The position numbers and the translations under genes were made by a program. Shown here one piece after another: positions 28,577 to 39,994 of a DNA stretch of 64,000 bases. Numbering within the stretch: position 1 is the stretch's first letter; each line of letters begins with the position of its first letter. Source of the stretch: Eledone cirrhosa (taxonomy: Eukaryota); the NCBI GenBank assembly GCA_964016885.1, contig OZ024753.1:15128001-15192000 (forward strand), given 5' to 3'. The notes below the pieces were generated by a model, which searched no databases, was not told the DNA's origin, and worked only from the letters and a program-made list of their open reading frames with translations.

Positions 28577-28851
28577 ATACTTTGGGAGGGTCACACTGCC
28601 AATAAAAATACACTCACCTGTTGGTTTTCACTTCAATTTATTATAAATTTCCGGTTGGTTGGTTGTCTGGTTTGTTCGACAATGTGTGACGAAAGAGCTT
28701 TGAGAATATATAAACAACTATCCGGTTGTCGAACCAACCAACCAGCCAACCAACCAACCAACTAGCCAACCAGAAATTTATGATAAATTGAAGTGAAAAT
28801 ACATGTGCGTGTGTTTTTATTGGCAGCATGACCCTCCCAAACTGTAACAAT
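28572..28851. repeat. Diverged inverted-repeat element (family also at 8190-8430 and 37464-37680)
   Basis: ttgttatactttgggagggtca...ttcacttcaatttattataaattt versus aaatttatgataaattgaagtgaa...tgaccctcccaaactgtaacaa. Confidence 0.7.
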
Positions 28852-29047
28852 CTGTTTTAACAGAAGTTTTTAGATAAGAAATCTTGCAAAACAAATAAAA
28901 AAAAATATATACACACACACACACACGTGTGTGTGTGTGTGTGGTGTGTGGTGTGTGTGTGTGTGTGTGTATCCCGGGTTCAATCGGAGGTAACCACAGT
29001 AAGTAAGGTACTCAATACATAGGCGAGTATATATATTTAATGTAGAA

Positions 29048-29097
29048 ATGGCTTCTACAAGACTAGAACTGTTTCATTCGAAGGAAATCATCAGGAA
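29048..29097 (-). ncRNA. Hammerhead ribozyme, same family as 28104 (element spans 28974-29097)
   Basis: Reverse complement: tttc-CTGATGA-tttc(cttc)gaat-GAAA-cag(ttctagtc)ttg-TA-gaag. Confidence 0.72.
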
Positions 29098-29796
29098 ATG
29101 AGTTATATATACACAAAACTCATTCGCACATTTGTTAGCGAATGTATAGTGGTAAGAAACTCTCAGAAGAGCTGGACATTAGAAAGTCTAGAGAGAAGAA
29201 ACACCCTCCTCAAGCAAGTATTTCGGTCCTTAACTTCTTACATTCTAAGAGGGCCGGGTCGCATCCAGGTCAAAACTCCTGGATACTCTTCTGCTGACAT
29301 TTAGCCACGAGTATATCGTAAACTTGTATATTTAAAGCGTATGGAAGGAGGTCTTGTTGACAGGATCTAGCTGGAACCTCGCTCCGTTGCCTCTGCTTTA
29401 AAACTTATATTTAAACGCTTTCTTGAGTTTGGAAAATAACGTTGGTAGTGATGGCAACAGTGAGATGTCAACAGAATTGCTGCCACCGCCATCGCACACT
29501 ATATATATATACTAGCTGGCCTCGTGCCGTGAAAAATGACGACTAAATTGTAATATACATAATATAAAATATACATGATCTTTTGGTTGTTTCTTGGTTA
29601 GTTCCTTCACGCTCAATCACACAAGTAACACCAACATACATACAGCTGTGACGTCTCTTTGAACGCTAGACTGCTATAGTTTCTCACCTCACCTACCGTA
29701 GACATAACATAGAAGTATGTGTATTAGACACCCCCTCCTTCCTCAGTCGACGTAACCACCCCGTTATTCCTCAGAATTATCTCGAGTGTGTGACGC

Positions 29797-29830
<34 letters not shown>

Positions 29831-29835
<5 letters not shown>

Positions 29836-30048
29836 TATGTGTGTATACGTACATACATATATGTATACAGACGTACAGTAGCATGCATATATATATATAT
29901 ATATATACATACAGGTGCACATACATATATGCACTGATACGTGCATATATGTATGTGTACCTGTATGTATATGTATATATATATATATATATGCATGCTA
30001 CTGTACGTCTGTATACATATATGTATGTACGTATACACACATACTTAC
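29831..30048. repeat. Low-complexity palindrome, about 220 bp
   Basis: aagtatgtgtgtatacgtac...cagacgtacagtagcatgca is mirrored at 29992-30047; centre about 29937. Confidence 0.85.
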
Positions 30049-30127
30049 ATTTAAGTAAGTGCCGTACTAAGAGTGAGAAATGAAATTTCGTTTTCATTTT
30101 ATTTCAACTTATATATATATATATATA

Positions 30128-30316
30128 TAATTGTTTCTACTTTTGGCACAAGGCCAGCAATTACCCAGTACATTACTGGTACTTTATTTTATCCACCCCG
30201 TAAGGATGAAAGGCAAAGTTAACCTCGGCGGAATTTGAACTCAGAATGGAAAGGGGCGTAACTCTATGCGTCAAAGCATGGCGTCCGACCCTCTACCTAT
30301 ACTGCCAATCCACCGC
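30128..30316 (-). mobile_element. tRNA-derived SINE, full length
   Basis: A-box-like TGGCAGTATAGG and B-box GAGTTCAAATTC, central GCCTTTCATCCTTACGGGGTGGATAAAATAAAGTACCAG domain, tail TTGCTGGCCTTGTGCCAAAAGTAGAAAC; more than 10 copies in the window. Confidence 0.85.
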
Positions 30317-30341
30317 CTATATATATATATAATATAATATA

Positions 30342-30525
30342 TCGGTGGATTGGCAGTATCGGTAGAGGGTCGGACGCCATGCTTTGACGCATAGAGTTAC
30401 GCCCCTTTCCATTCTGAGTTCAAATCTCGCCGAGGTTAACTTTGCCTTTCATCCTTACGGAGTGGATAAAATAAAGTACCAGTAATGTACTGGGTAATTG
30501 CTGGCCTTGTGCCAAAAGTAGAAAC

Positions 30526-30530
<5 letters not shown>
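30342..30530 (+). mobile_element. tRNA-derived SINE, full length (head-to-head with 30128-30316)
   Basis: Same family, near-identical to its inverted neighbour. Confidence 0.85.
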
Positions 30531-30557
<27 letters not shown>

Positions 30558-30559
<2 letters not shown>

Positions 30560-30808
30560 AAGGCGGGTAAAATTCCCGAGATCCATGGACGAGTTCTCTC
30601 CAGCGGTCTCTGTCCCTCATTATCGCTGCCATGTCCTGCGTCTCCAACAAACCAGTGTCTGTCCTTAGGGCATCAACATACGTTAACCTTGGTCTTCCTC
30701 TTCTAGTGTGTCCATATAGGGGCTCCCACAGGAGCACTGAGTGCAATGTCAACTCTGGATGTCGGTGAGCATGTCCAGCCAACCTCAGTCTCCTCTGTGT
30801 CACTTTTG
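30558..30808 (-). mobile_element. RTE-clade LINE 3' fragment, same family as 10364-10812
   Basis: RRLRLAGHAHRHPEL...RRGRPRLTYVD...DRDRWR; the stop codon abuts (AT)n. Confidence 0.87.
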
Positions 30809-31601
30809 GTTACTCCTTCATTACGTTTATTGGTTGGTGACGCACGTTTCGCTATCAACGCACGTTTCGTGATCAACTCAAGGTTTTATTACACCTCGAT
30901 AATGACGTGAGTCTGAACATGGAGTGCTCACCTGGGTGAACCTACACTAACTTCGCGTTACACTCCCTGTTTTCGCGTATGCTTGTGTATGTACGTATAT
31001 GGATGCATGTATTTATTTAATTTCAATTACCTCTGAATTTTATTTACTTTATTCTTAACTCTGAAGCCGAAAATCATTCGGTTTCCTAGTTAGAATTTTA
31101 GTCTACGACTTCAGTTATACCATTTACGTGGTTTTGTCTTTGCGCGCAATTGTTCTCCACGCTCCACATATGACGTATTATCTTCGTCTTTTCCGTTCAT
31201 TGCCAGAGAATGAACCACCTAATAGAATATTAGTCTACGACTTCTTTTATACCATAAACGTAGTTTTGTCTTTGCGTGTAATTGTTTTTCACTGCTCCAT
31301 TAGCTTCACTGCTAATGACGTATTATATTCGTTTTTCCCCGTTCTTTGCCAGGGAACGTTTCCACAAACCAAAGTATCGTCTTCCTCTCTTCTTCCGGTT
31401 GCAACGTTCTTTGAAATATTCACTTCTGCGTTCACTGATTGACTTTGTTAGTTTCAGAAGATCCCGTTAAGGGTGAAAGCAGCGATTCTTTCCTTAAACT
31501 TTAATCTGTTATTTTAATAAATATTTGCTCTACGGTTCTTATATATTTGATATATATTTAGCCTTATCGAGCCCTCTTTGGATTTTAGTCTTCAAATTCA
31601 T

Positions 31602-31788
31602 TCGGTGGATTGGCAGTATCGGTAGAGGGTCGGACGCCATGCTTTCCAGCATAGTTACGTCCCTTTACGATCTGAGTTCAAATCCCGCCGAGGTTGACTT
31701 TGCCTTTCATCCTTACGGGGGTCGATAAAATAAAGTACCAGTAATGCACTGGGTAATTGCTGGCCTTGTGCCTAAAGTAGAAACAATT
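31602..31788 (+). mobile_element. tRNA-derived SINE
   Basis: Same family as 30342. Confidence 0.85.
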
Positions 31789-31793
31789 ATTAT

Positions 31794-31828
<35 letters not shown>

Positions 31829-31866
31829 AACATTTTTTCGCTTTACATGGCTGAATACAATAAATG

Positions 31867-32258
31867 TAATCTGAGTTTTTCGAATAATAATAATTGTTTC
31901 TACTTTTGGCACAAGGCCAGAAATTATCACAGTGTATTACTGGTACTTTATTGTATCGACCCCGTAAGCATGAAAGACAAAGTTAACCTATATTAATAAT
32001 AACATTTGATTCGTTTGCAATTATGCAAACAAGCCTCAATTTTACAGCCATGTCAGTAGAATGAACCCTTCAACACAAGAGCAAGAATGAAGGGTTCATT
32101 CTACTGACATGTCTATAAAATTGAGGCTTGTTTGCGTAATTGCAAACAAATCGAATGTTATTAATATTCGAAAATAAAGTACCAGTAATGCACTGGATAA
32201 TTGCTGGCCTTGTGCCAAAGGTAGAAACGATTATTCATATTCGAAAAACTCGGATTAT
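31867..32258. repeat. About 390-bp palindrome with SINE tail pieces in both arms
   Basis: Inner arms 31994-32071 and 32089-32166 around a 17-nt loop; outer arms aatctgagtttttcgaata / tattcgaaaaactcggatt. Confidence 0.85.
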
Positions 32259-32377
32259 ATATATATTACACAAGCACACACACGCACACCCACTCTCCTG
32301 AGCGTGAATTTAATAAACATTTATTGTACTGCCTCTCTGTTCTGTCCCTGTTCAAATTTTTCATTATATATATATAT

Positions 32378-32409
<32 letters not shown>

Positions 32410-32458
32410 GCGCACACATATAAACACTCCTGTCTGTATGTATGTATGTATGTGAAAG

Positions 32459-32722
32459 TGTGGCTTTATGGTTACTGTATTCGGATCACAATCGTAAAGT
32501 CGTGAGTTCGATTCCCGGCGGTGTGCTGTGTCCTTCAGCAAGACACTTTATTTCCCGTTGCTCCAGTCCGCCCAACAAAAATGAGTTGTGTCTGTAATTC
32601 AAAGTCTTGTCACATTCTGTAGGCAGGGCTGTGAAAGGCTCAGCCACTTGCAGGTTAATTTCACGAGTAGGTTGCTCCATTTGTCAGATAAACTGAAACA
32701 CTTGTAACCGACGGGGGCCGGC
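32459..32722 (+). mobile_element. tRNA-derived SINE with a CORE-like domain
   Basis: A box TGGCTTTATGG, B box GAGTTCGATTCC, then TGTGTCCTTCAGCAAGACACTTTA (CORE-SINE-like). Confidence 0.7.
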
Positions 32723-32977
32723 AAGTATAGATGTATATATATATATATATATATTCATTAGTTACAATCTTTTAATAATGTCTTCCTTGTGAAATTTGTG
32801 GTCTTGTTTTGCTTAACTAATGAATATTTCCAGCTCTGTGCACACAACCTCTGCATGAACCCAGCCACCTAGCTGCCTTCTTGCACATGCTTTTACGCTT
32901 TGGCTTCTAACTAATTCACCAATCTCTCTTCTCCTCTCCTATCTCCATCTCTCTCTTTAAGATTGGTTACTCTCGAA

Positions 32978-33015
<38 letters not shown>

Positions 33016-33162
33016 TTCGATATATATATATATAGTGGTAGAACACTGGAAGGTAATATCCGTAGTGGTAGAGCACTCAGTCCATGGGACGAGTTAGGTA
33101 GAAGTGGTTACACACAGTTAGTTCACCATACCGAGAACAATTGTTTCACCCTAGCGGATTAT

Positions 33163-33198
33163 GAGCTGAGGATCAGCTAAGGTGAAACAATTGTTCGC
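33163..33198 (+). ncRNA. Degenerate minimal hammerhead at the centre of a fold-back element
   Basis: gag-CTGAGGA-tcagctaaggt-GAAA-caatt-GTT-cgc (ctc in the opposite arm). Palindromic helix III. Confidence 0.5.
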
Positions 33199-33759
33199 GA
33201 TATGGTGAACTAACTGTTGTGTAACCACTTCTATATATATATATACATTGGAAACTGTGTGAGATCCTTGGTACAGTTAGGTATATTTGAAAAAAAGGAA
33301 AAGAATGACTTCACCTGTGTTAAAAAATTTTAGATTTAATTTTATATTATAATATTATGAGTTGGTAGATCCAAATATTATAATATTATAAAATTAAATC
33401 AATAATGTTTTAACACTACAAATGAAGTCATTCTTTTTCTCTTTTTCAAGTGTGTGTGTGTGTGTGTGCGTGTGTGTGCTTGTGTAATATATTATATCAA
33501 CAATATATTTTTCTCAATACACATGTTTCACTAGGAAGACCTACTTTAACATAACTTCTTTTTCCGTCACAAACGGATTTCCCCCTATTCTATATCATCT
33601 CCGCGCATCATCCTTTTTTATATTAACCTTATGCCGTCAGCGCTTCGTAAAAATCTGTGTGTGTGTCTGACTGTGTGTTAGTGTGTGTATCCGAGTGTAT
33701 ATATGTGCATGCTTATGCCTATTTCCCTGTCTGTGTCTTTCTCTCTGTCTCTCTCTGTC

Positions 33760-33797
<38 letters not shown>

Positions 33798-34610
33798 AAC
33801 ATACATATATGTGTGTGTGTGTTTTTATGTATACGTGTGTGTTTGTGTGTGCTCGTCTTCATATGTCTTCTTTCGCGTGTTTAACCGTACATGAAATATG
33901 TTGGCAATGATATAAAGATTTAATATAATTCCGGTAATGGGAGTAGTGTATGGAAGTATGCTAAGATAATAGCTAAGTGGAGTCACGAGAAAAATCAAGG
34001 AAAACAGAAATTACAGCAGAACAAAAGTAGAACAAAAGTAGAAAGTATATAATTAGGTTGTGATGAAGAGACAGAGGACAATTGAAGACAGTAAAACATC
34101 GGAACAATAGTAGAATGTATAGAATTACACTGCGAGGAAGAAACAGAACAAAAATCCATCGTTTCGGACAATGGTGGCTCGTCAAACAGAGAAAAGAAGA
34201 AAAGAGAAAAGAATGGATCGATACACTTAATTATTCTGCTAATGCGTGAGTTAGTAATAAGTGAAAGATCAGATTTAAATTTTAATTCGTAATGGATTCT
34301 CTGACAGAGGCTGTGTTCACCCTTTTCGTTTTGCAAAGAAATAAGCACAGAAATACACGAAATATGCCATGAAATGGAAATCGTTATTCTGCTGCCGCAG
34401 AAATACGGAACATTAAAATGAAAAACACCTTAAATATGTGTTGAAATATTATTTTACACCTTTACGTAAGTTATTGTCCATATATGTATATATCACACAT
34501 TCACATATAAATACCTACCTACCTACATACATACATACATGATAGCTGCCCCTCGTTATCGAGTATGGTCATTGCAGGATAAAAAAATATATATATATAC
34601 ACACACACAC

Positions 34611-34658
<48 letters not shown>

Positions 34659-34851
34659 TAATTAACGGTGCTGCGATCTAATGTGGCTTTGTAACCCAGC
34701 CAATGATCTAAAATGTCTTACTCAGAGTTGGCAACCATGATAAAAAAAATAATAAAATAAAATAAAAAAAAAAAAATAAAAAAAAATCACTGGCCATACA
34801 TACATACATAATGGCTGCACCACGGTTTCGAGACTTGCTATCCTTTGACCT

Positions 34852-35026
34852 TCTTCTCATACATGGTTGGCATCAACATGACTTTTAAACCATGCTAAGG
34901 ACTTAGATTCTTTTCTGCATATGCTGCAGCGAAAGAACAAAGAAAAAGCCATGTTCATGCAATATATGTGAAAGCTGTTCAGATCTAGTGATACCTAAAC
35001 TTGAATCTTTTTGCATACATACATAT
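34852..35026 (+). mobile_element. Short 3'-UTR-only copy of the R4/Dong-like LINE
   Basis: Direct, diverged copy of 35993-36146, ending in tgcatacatacatat. Confidence 0.7.
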
Positions 35027-36150
35027 TCAAAAGCTCAAACCCAGGGAAAATTGCCCAGCAATACCGCAGCGAATTCCTGGATGAAAAACTGCATGCTTAT
35101 CAGAAAAATCTCATGCATCGATATTTTGCCAGGAAGCTCCAGAGTGAGAGTAATATAGATCAGCAAATTAGTCTATCTTGGACAAACAACCGCTATATTG
35201 GCTCCCACTTTAAAGGATATACTTTTGCAATCCAAGAACAGGAAATCAACACAAAATACCTGATTCACAAAAGAGATAGAGATGCAGGCAAAACACTTAG
35301 ATGTGACAACAAATGCAGACTCTGCAGAATTAACATTGAAGGTGTCACCCATGTCATCAGCAGCTGTCCAAAGATGTCATCGCCGTACTATCTACCTATG
35401 AGGCATGATGTAGTGGCCAAAACACTGTACAATACAATCCGTAGAAAAGATAGCCCCGATAATAAACACATTAAAAGCTACAGCAATGTGGAAGACATCC
35501 ATATACATGCATATGAGAGAGTACTGGTGGAATGTTCCAGTAAAAATACCAATAAAATGTAGGCTTAACAGACCAGATATAATGATATGGGGCAGGGAGA
35601 AGAAAGCATGCACAGTAGAGGAAGTTAGCTGCCCACCAGATGCCAATATAATATCAAAGATTAGCGGAAAGGAGAATATCTATGCAGAACTGATGAGAAA
35701 TCTGCAGATACTCCACCCTGATTATACCTTCAGATTTATACCTGTAATTATTGGGGCACTGGAATATGTTAGTAACTGCCTCAATACAAATCTTGAGAAG
35801 CTGGGCTTCACGGAAACAGAAAGAACACAACTAGTTAGGAAGTAACAAGTACAATCCATTAATGGAACAGTAAAAATATGTAAAACATTCCAAAAATTCT
35901 GCATCTAATAACTGCATAAATACATGTACAGATACAAAGCATATACACATGTACAGATACAAAGCATAAGCACTCAAAACATACACATCCATTTTTCTCA
36001 TACATGGTTGGCATCCAAGGACTTAGATTCTTTTCTGCATACGCTGCAGCGAAAGAACAAAGAAGAAACTATGTTCATGCAACATATGTAAAAGTTGTTC
36101 AGATCTAGTGATACGTGGGCTTGATTATTTTTGCATACATACATATATGC
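35027..36150 (+). mobile_element. 5'-truncated, degenerate non-LTR retrotransposon with restriction-like endonuclease (R4/Dong-like), including its 3' UTR and (CATA)n tail
   Basis: AIQEQEINTKY, CCHC knuckle CRLC-x8-HVISSC, RHD motif, then after a frameshift near 35510 WWN...NRPDIMIW...EVSCP...K...Y...PVIIGAL (PD-(D/E)xK type). Premature TAA at 35843. Confidence 0.88.
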
Positions 36151-36498
36151 ATGCATGCATGCATACATACATATATACATGCATGCATACATACATACAT
36201 ACATACATACATGCATACACTCAAAGACACATACACACGGTGCCGCATAGACACACACAAAGACACATACACACACAATGGCATATAGACACACACACAA
36301 AGACACATACACACAATGACACAGAGATACCCACACACAAACACATACACAAATACACACACAAAAACATACAAATACGCACACAAATAAATAGACACAA
36401 ACACACACACGAAAATACGAAGACACACACACCAAGACACAAACAGACACACAAACAAACATATATTCTACTTTGGGTGAGTGAAGCTGCCAATAAAA

Positions 36499-36589
<91 letters not shown>

Positions 36590-37463
36590 AGTTGCCTTCC
36601 ATCCTTTCAAGGTCGATACAAAAAGTACCAGTCTACTACTGATGTCAATTCTTTCTCTATATCAGTTTTCCACTTCCATTTTCTCACTTTTTCTATTTTT
36701 CTTTATAAAAAAAAAAATCGGCTATAATCTGACCCCGAGAGGTCTCCGCCACCTTCAACCCCTTCAGTGTTGTAGGCGAGATAACTCGTCCTAACATGTA
36801 TGTATTCCAGTGTCACGGACGAGATAACTCGTTCTAACATGTATGTATTCCAGTGCCACGGACGAGATAACTCGTTCTAACATGTTTGAACTCCTTTCCA
36901 AAAGTTATTAACTTCAAAGTTATGAAATACTTTTCAACAGTTCATAACTTCAAAGCTAGATGGGGTTACTAGCTTATTGATGTGACGTTTGTCAATCAAA
37001 ATAGTCACTTTACTGAAGAAAAAGCCCCCCCCCCCAAGAAAAGCGGCACAACAGCAACTGTAGCTGTGTAAAATATACGCGGCAGTCAACAGGTTAAAAC
37101 AATGCCCTAGAAAGGACGTGTCAATACAGCATCCCTAAGAATCCCTCAGGGGTTACGGGACAATGTATCTCATACATGCAATCTATTCTTCATAGAATAG
37201 TAGAAAGTATGAACGATTGCTTGGATGAATTCAAAATCAAGGAAACCTCATTAGTGTTCTACCACCATGTCACCCTAGAACGAGGCTCACTAGATAACAT
37301 CGAGGTAAAAATCATATCCACATGGTCAATGCAAAGAAACTCACTATTGAAAATTTGGTCTTCTATGATCCCTTGGGACAACATCCATGATATGTTCCTG
37401 CAAGTTGGGGCGCCTCCTGAAGATGGTGTAGGACAGAACAAAAGAGAGACACAAACTAATAAA

Positions 37464-37514
37464 TTATTCACTGAGAAGGTTACGGAATGTGTGACGAAAG
37501 AGCTTTCAGAATAA
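37464..37514 (+). ncRNA. Degenerate hammerhead (family also at 8190-8230 and 28682-28705)
   Basis: ttattca-CTGAGAA-ggttac...gtgac-GAAA-gagct-TTC-agaataa. The copy at 8190 has CCGAAGA-tgtcac...gtgac-GAAA. Confidence 0.45.
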
Positions 37515-37879
37515 ACAAAGGAAGAACCCTCCAGCTATTAAACTAACCAAATGGAAACTTATAATAAATTGAAGTAAAAACTAACAGGTGCGTGTGTTGT
37601 TGTTGGCTGCTTGACCCACCCAAAGTATAAGAATATCTGTTTCAACACACATTTTCAGATAAGTAATCTTACAAAAGAAATACAAAAATGAAGTGTGTGT
37701 GTGTATGTTGAAAATGTAAAAGAGAGGACAAAACGAAGGCCACTGAAAACGGGGAGTACACACATAAATGAAGATTTGCTACCTGTCAGCTGTTAACTGT
37801 GAATATTTGTAGTTTGGAGGGCCGAGACAATACTGTCTTCCTACTCCACACATAGCCCTTAAAAAAGAGAGCCATCTGC

Positions 37880-37951
<72 letters not shown>

Positions 37952-38122
37952 ACCCCGACGGCAAAGCTCAAGCCGTTTCGACGGCTATTTCTGGAGTCCA
38001 GAAATAGTCATCGAAACGGCTTGAGCTCTGCTGTCGGGGTTAAACATTTTCCTATTACCCACTCTACTACCCTAAGTATTGAGTACTCTGGGGCGTTATG
38101 GTCCATCTGGTCCCTTACCACA
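37952..38122. mobile_element. Fold-back element, family A, opposite orientation
   Basis: Reverse complement of the 13094 copy; hairpin centred at about 37995 (ctgg-agt-ccag). Confidence 0.8.
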
Positions 38123-38287
38123 ACTCCTTCGTTATATATATATAAATATATATATCGCATCAGAGTAGTCGATCCAGCTGTCGAAACGGCCGGAGCTCAG
38201 CCGCCGAGATCCTGACTCTTCCCACCCACCCCATATATATATATATATATATCAATGATATTAACTATATTTATAAAACCATATTTA

Positions 38288-38344
38288 TTCTATTATATAG
38301 ATTTCAAGGGTCCCAAAACTTTGGTACGCTCTCATCAGATAAAA
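38288..38344 (-). ncRNA. Inverted second copy of the 38423 hammerhead
   Basis: Reverse complement: ttttat-CTGATGA-gagcgtaccaaagttttgggaccctt-GAAA-tctat-ATA-atagaa. Confidence 0.65.
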
Positions 38345-38422
38345 TACAAAGTTTGTTGTATAAATATTAACATACCCAGGAATGTATGAGAGTTTAACTG
38401 TTCAAGTTCCGTTTGGATAGTC

Positions 38423-38479
38423 TTTTATCTGATGAGAGCGTACCAAAATTTTGGTACCCTTGAAATATATATAATAAAA
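38423..38479 (+). ncRNA. Minimal type I hammerhead ribozyme
   Basis: ttttat-CTGATGA-gagcgtacc(aaaatttt)ggtaccctt-GAAA-tatat-ATA-ataaaa. 6-bp helix I and a palindromic minimal helix III. Confidence 0.75.
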
Positions 38480-38610
38480 TAAATATGCTTTTACAAATAT
38501 AGCTTCCATTTATTAATATCATTGATATTATACTCCAGAAAAACTGTCGAGTGCTTCGAATCTGTTATAAATATATTTGTTGAATTACCAACAAATTAAA
38601 TATTCCTTTG

Positions 38611-38646
<36 letters not shown>

Positions 38647-38677
38647 AAAGAATAGAGGTGTAACACACAAGTTATTA

Positions 38678-39025
38678 TATATTGGTAAACGGAATAGAAA
38701 ATGCTGACAAATTGTTCACAGTTGAAAAATGGTTTAATTAGGAATAAAAGAGTATTAGTAATTGTATGGGTTAGTATTCAGTTGTGGTTTTAAGTTTTTA
38801 AGTTTTTACCGGTTGCGCATTTCTAAATGCTTTTCAAAAATAATTTTGAGATAGTGTGTCCGTGCTGTTTGCTCTGATCAGAGCAAACAGCACGGACACT
38901 CTTAAAACTTAAAACCACAACTGAATACTAACCCATACAATCACTAATACTCTTTTATTCCTAATTAAACCATTTTTCAACTGTGAACAATTTGTCAGCA
39001 TTTTCTATTCCGTTTACCAATATAT
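38678..39025. repeat. Long near-perfect palindrome, about 350 bp
   Basis: Centre ctgatcag (38875-38882) with no loop; outer arms about 125 bp; the left arm has an extra 55 nt or so. Confidence 0.9.
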
Positions 39026-39029
39026 ATAT

Positions 39030-39208
39030 GTGAATTGGCAGTATCAGTAGAGGGTCGGACGCCATGCTTTCCAGCATAGTTACGTCCCTTTACGATCTGA
39101 GTTCAAATCCCGCCGAGGTTGACTTTGCCTTTCATCCTTACGGGGTCGATAAAATAAAGTACCAGTAATGAACTGGGTAATTGCTGGCCTTGTGCCTAAA
39201 GTAGAAAT
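39030..39208 (+). mobile_element. tRNA-derived SINE
   Basis: Nearly identical to 31602-31788. Confidence 0.85.
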
Positions 39209-39231
39209 AAATATATATATATATATATAAT

Positions 39232-39295
<64 letters not shown>

Positions 39296-39328
39296 AGAGA
39301 GAGTTACTACTACTACTACTAATAATAA

Positions 39329-39535
39329 TAATTGTTTCTACTTTTGGCACAAGGCCAGCAATTTTGGGGGAAGGGAAAATTGGATTAAATCGACTCCAGT
39401 GCATAAAGTACCACTCCAGTAGTACTTTATTTTCCCGACTACGTAAGGATGAAAGGCAAAAGCTAACCTCGGCGGCATTTGAACACAGAACGTAAGGGGT
39501 CATAACTCTATGCCGTGAAGCATGCTGCCCGCTCC
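39329..39535 (-). mobile_element. tRNA-derived SINE, longer subfamily
   Basis: Has an extra segment (ggggg...ttaaatcgac) shared with 41188-41330. Confidence 0.8.
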
Positions 39536-39813
39536 TATCAGAGTTAACCTCTCACAACCAAAAATTTAAATAAATAAACGAATAATAAAATGGAATATTC
39601 CAAATATCAAGATCATCATTGAATGTATACTCATGTTTTACACACACACTCACGCAAACATACACGCACACAAACACATACATATACACATACACACAAA
39701 AACACATATACATACACACACACAAACATACACGCACACAAACACACACACTCATATACACATACACACAAACACACATATATATCATATGTGTGTGTAT
39801 GTGTGTTTGTGTC

Positions 39814-39994
39814 TTGGCAGGATCGGTAGAGGGTCGGATGTAATGCTTTGCAGCACAGAGTTACGGCCCTTTACGGTCTCAGTTCAAATCCCAGCGAGGT
39901 TAACTTTGCCTTTCACCCCTATGAGGTCGATAAAATAAAGTACCAGTAATGCACTGGAATAATTGCTGGCCTTGTGCCAAATATAGAAACAATT
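39814..39994 (+). mobile_element. tRNA-derived SINE
   Basis: Same family as 30342. Confidence 0.8.

Larger units (their letters stand above)
38232..38530. mobile_element. Fold-back element, family C (hammerhead in both arms)
   Basis: Inverted arms about 38251-38344 and 38423-38526. The spacer is the reverse complement of 2026-2095; related to 9580-9790. Confidence 0.75.

Noticed and set aside
30342-30430. tRNA gene
   Set aside because: A and B boxes belong to a SINE head; no cloverleaf, and it continues into the SINE body.
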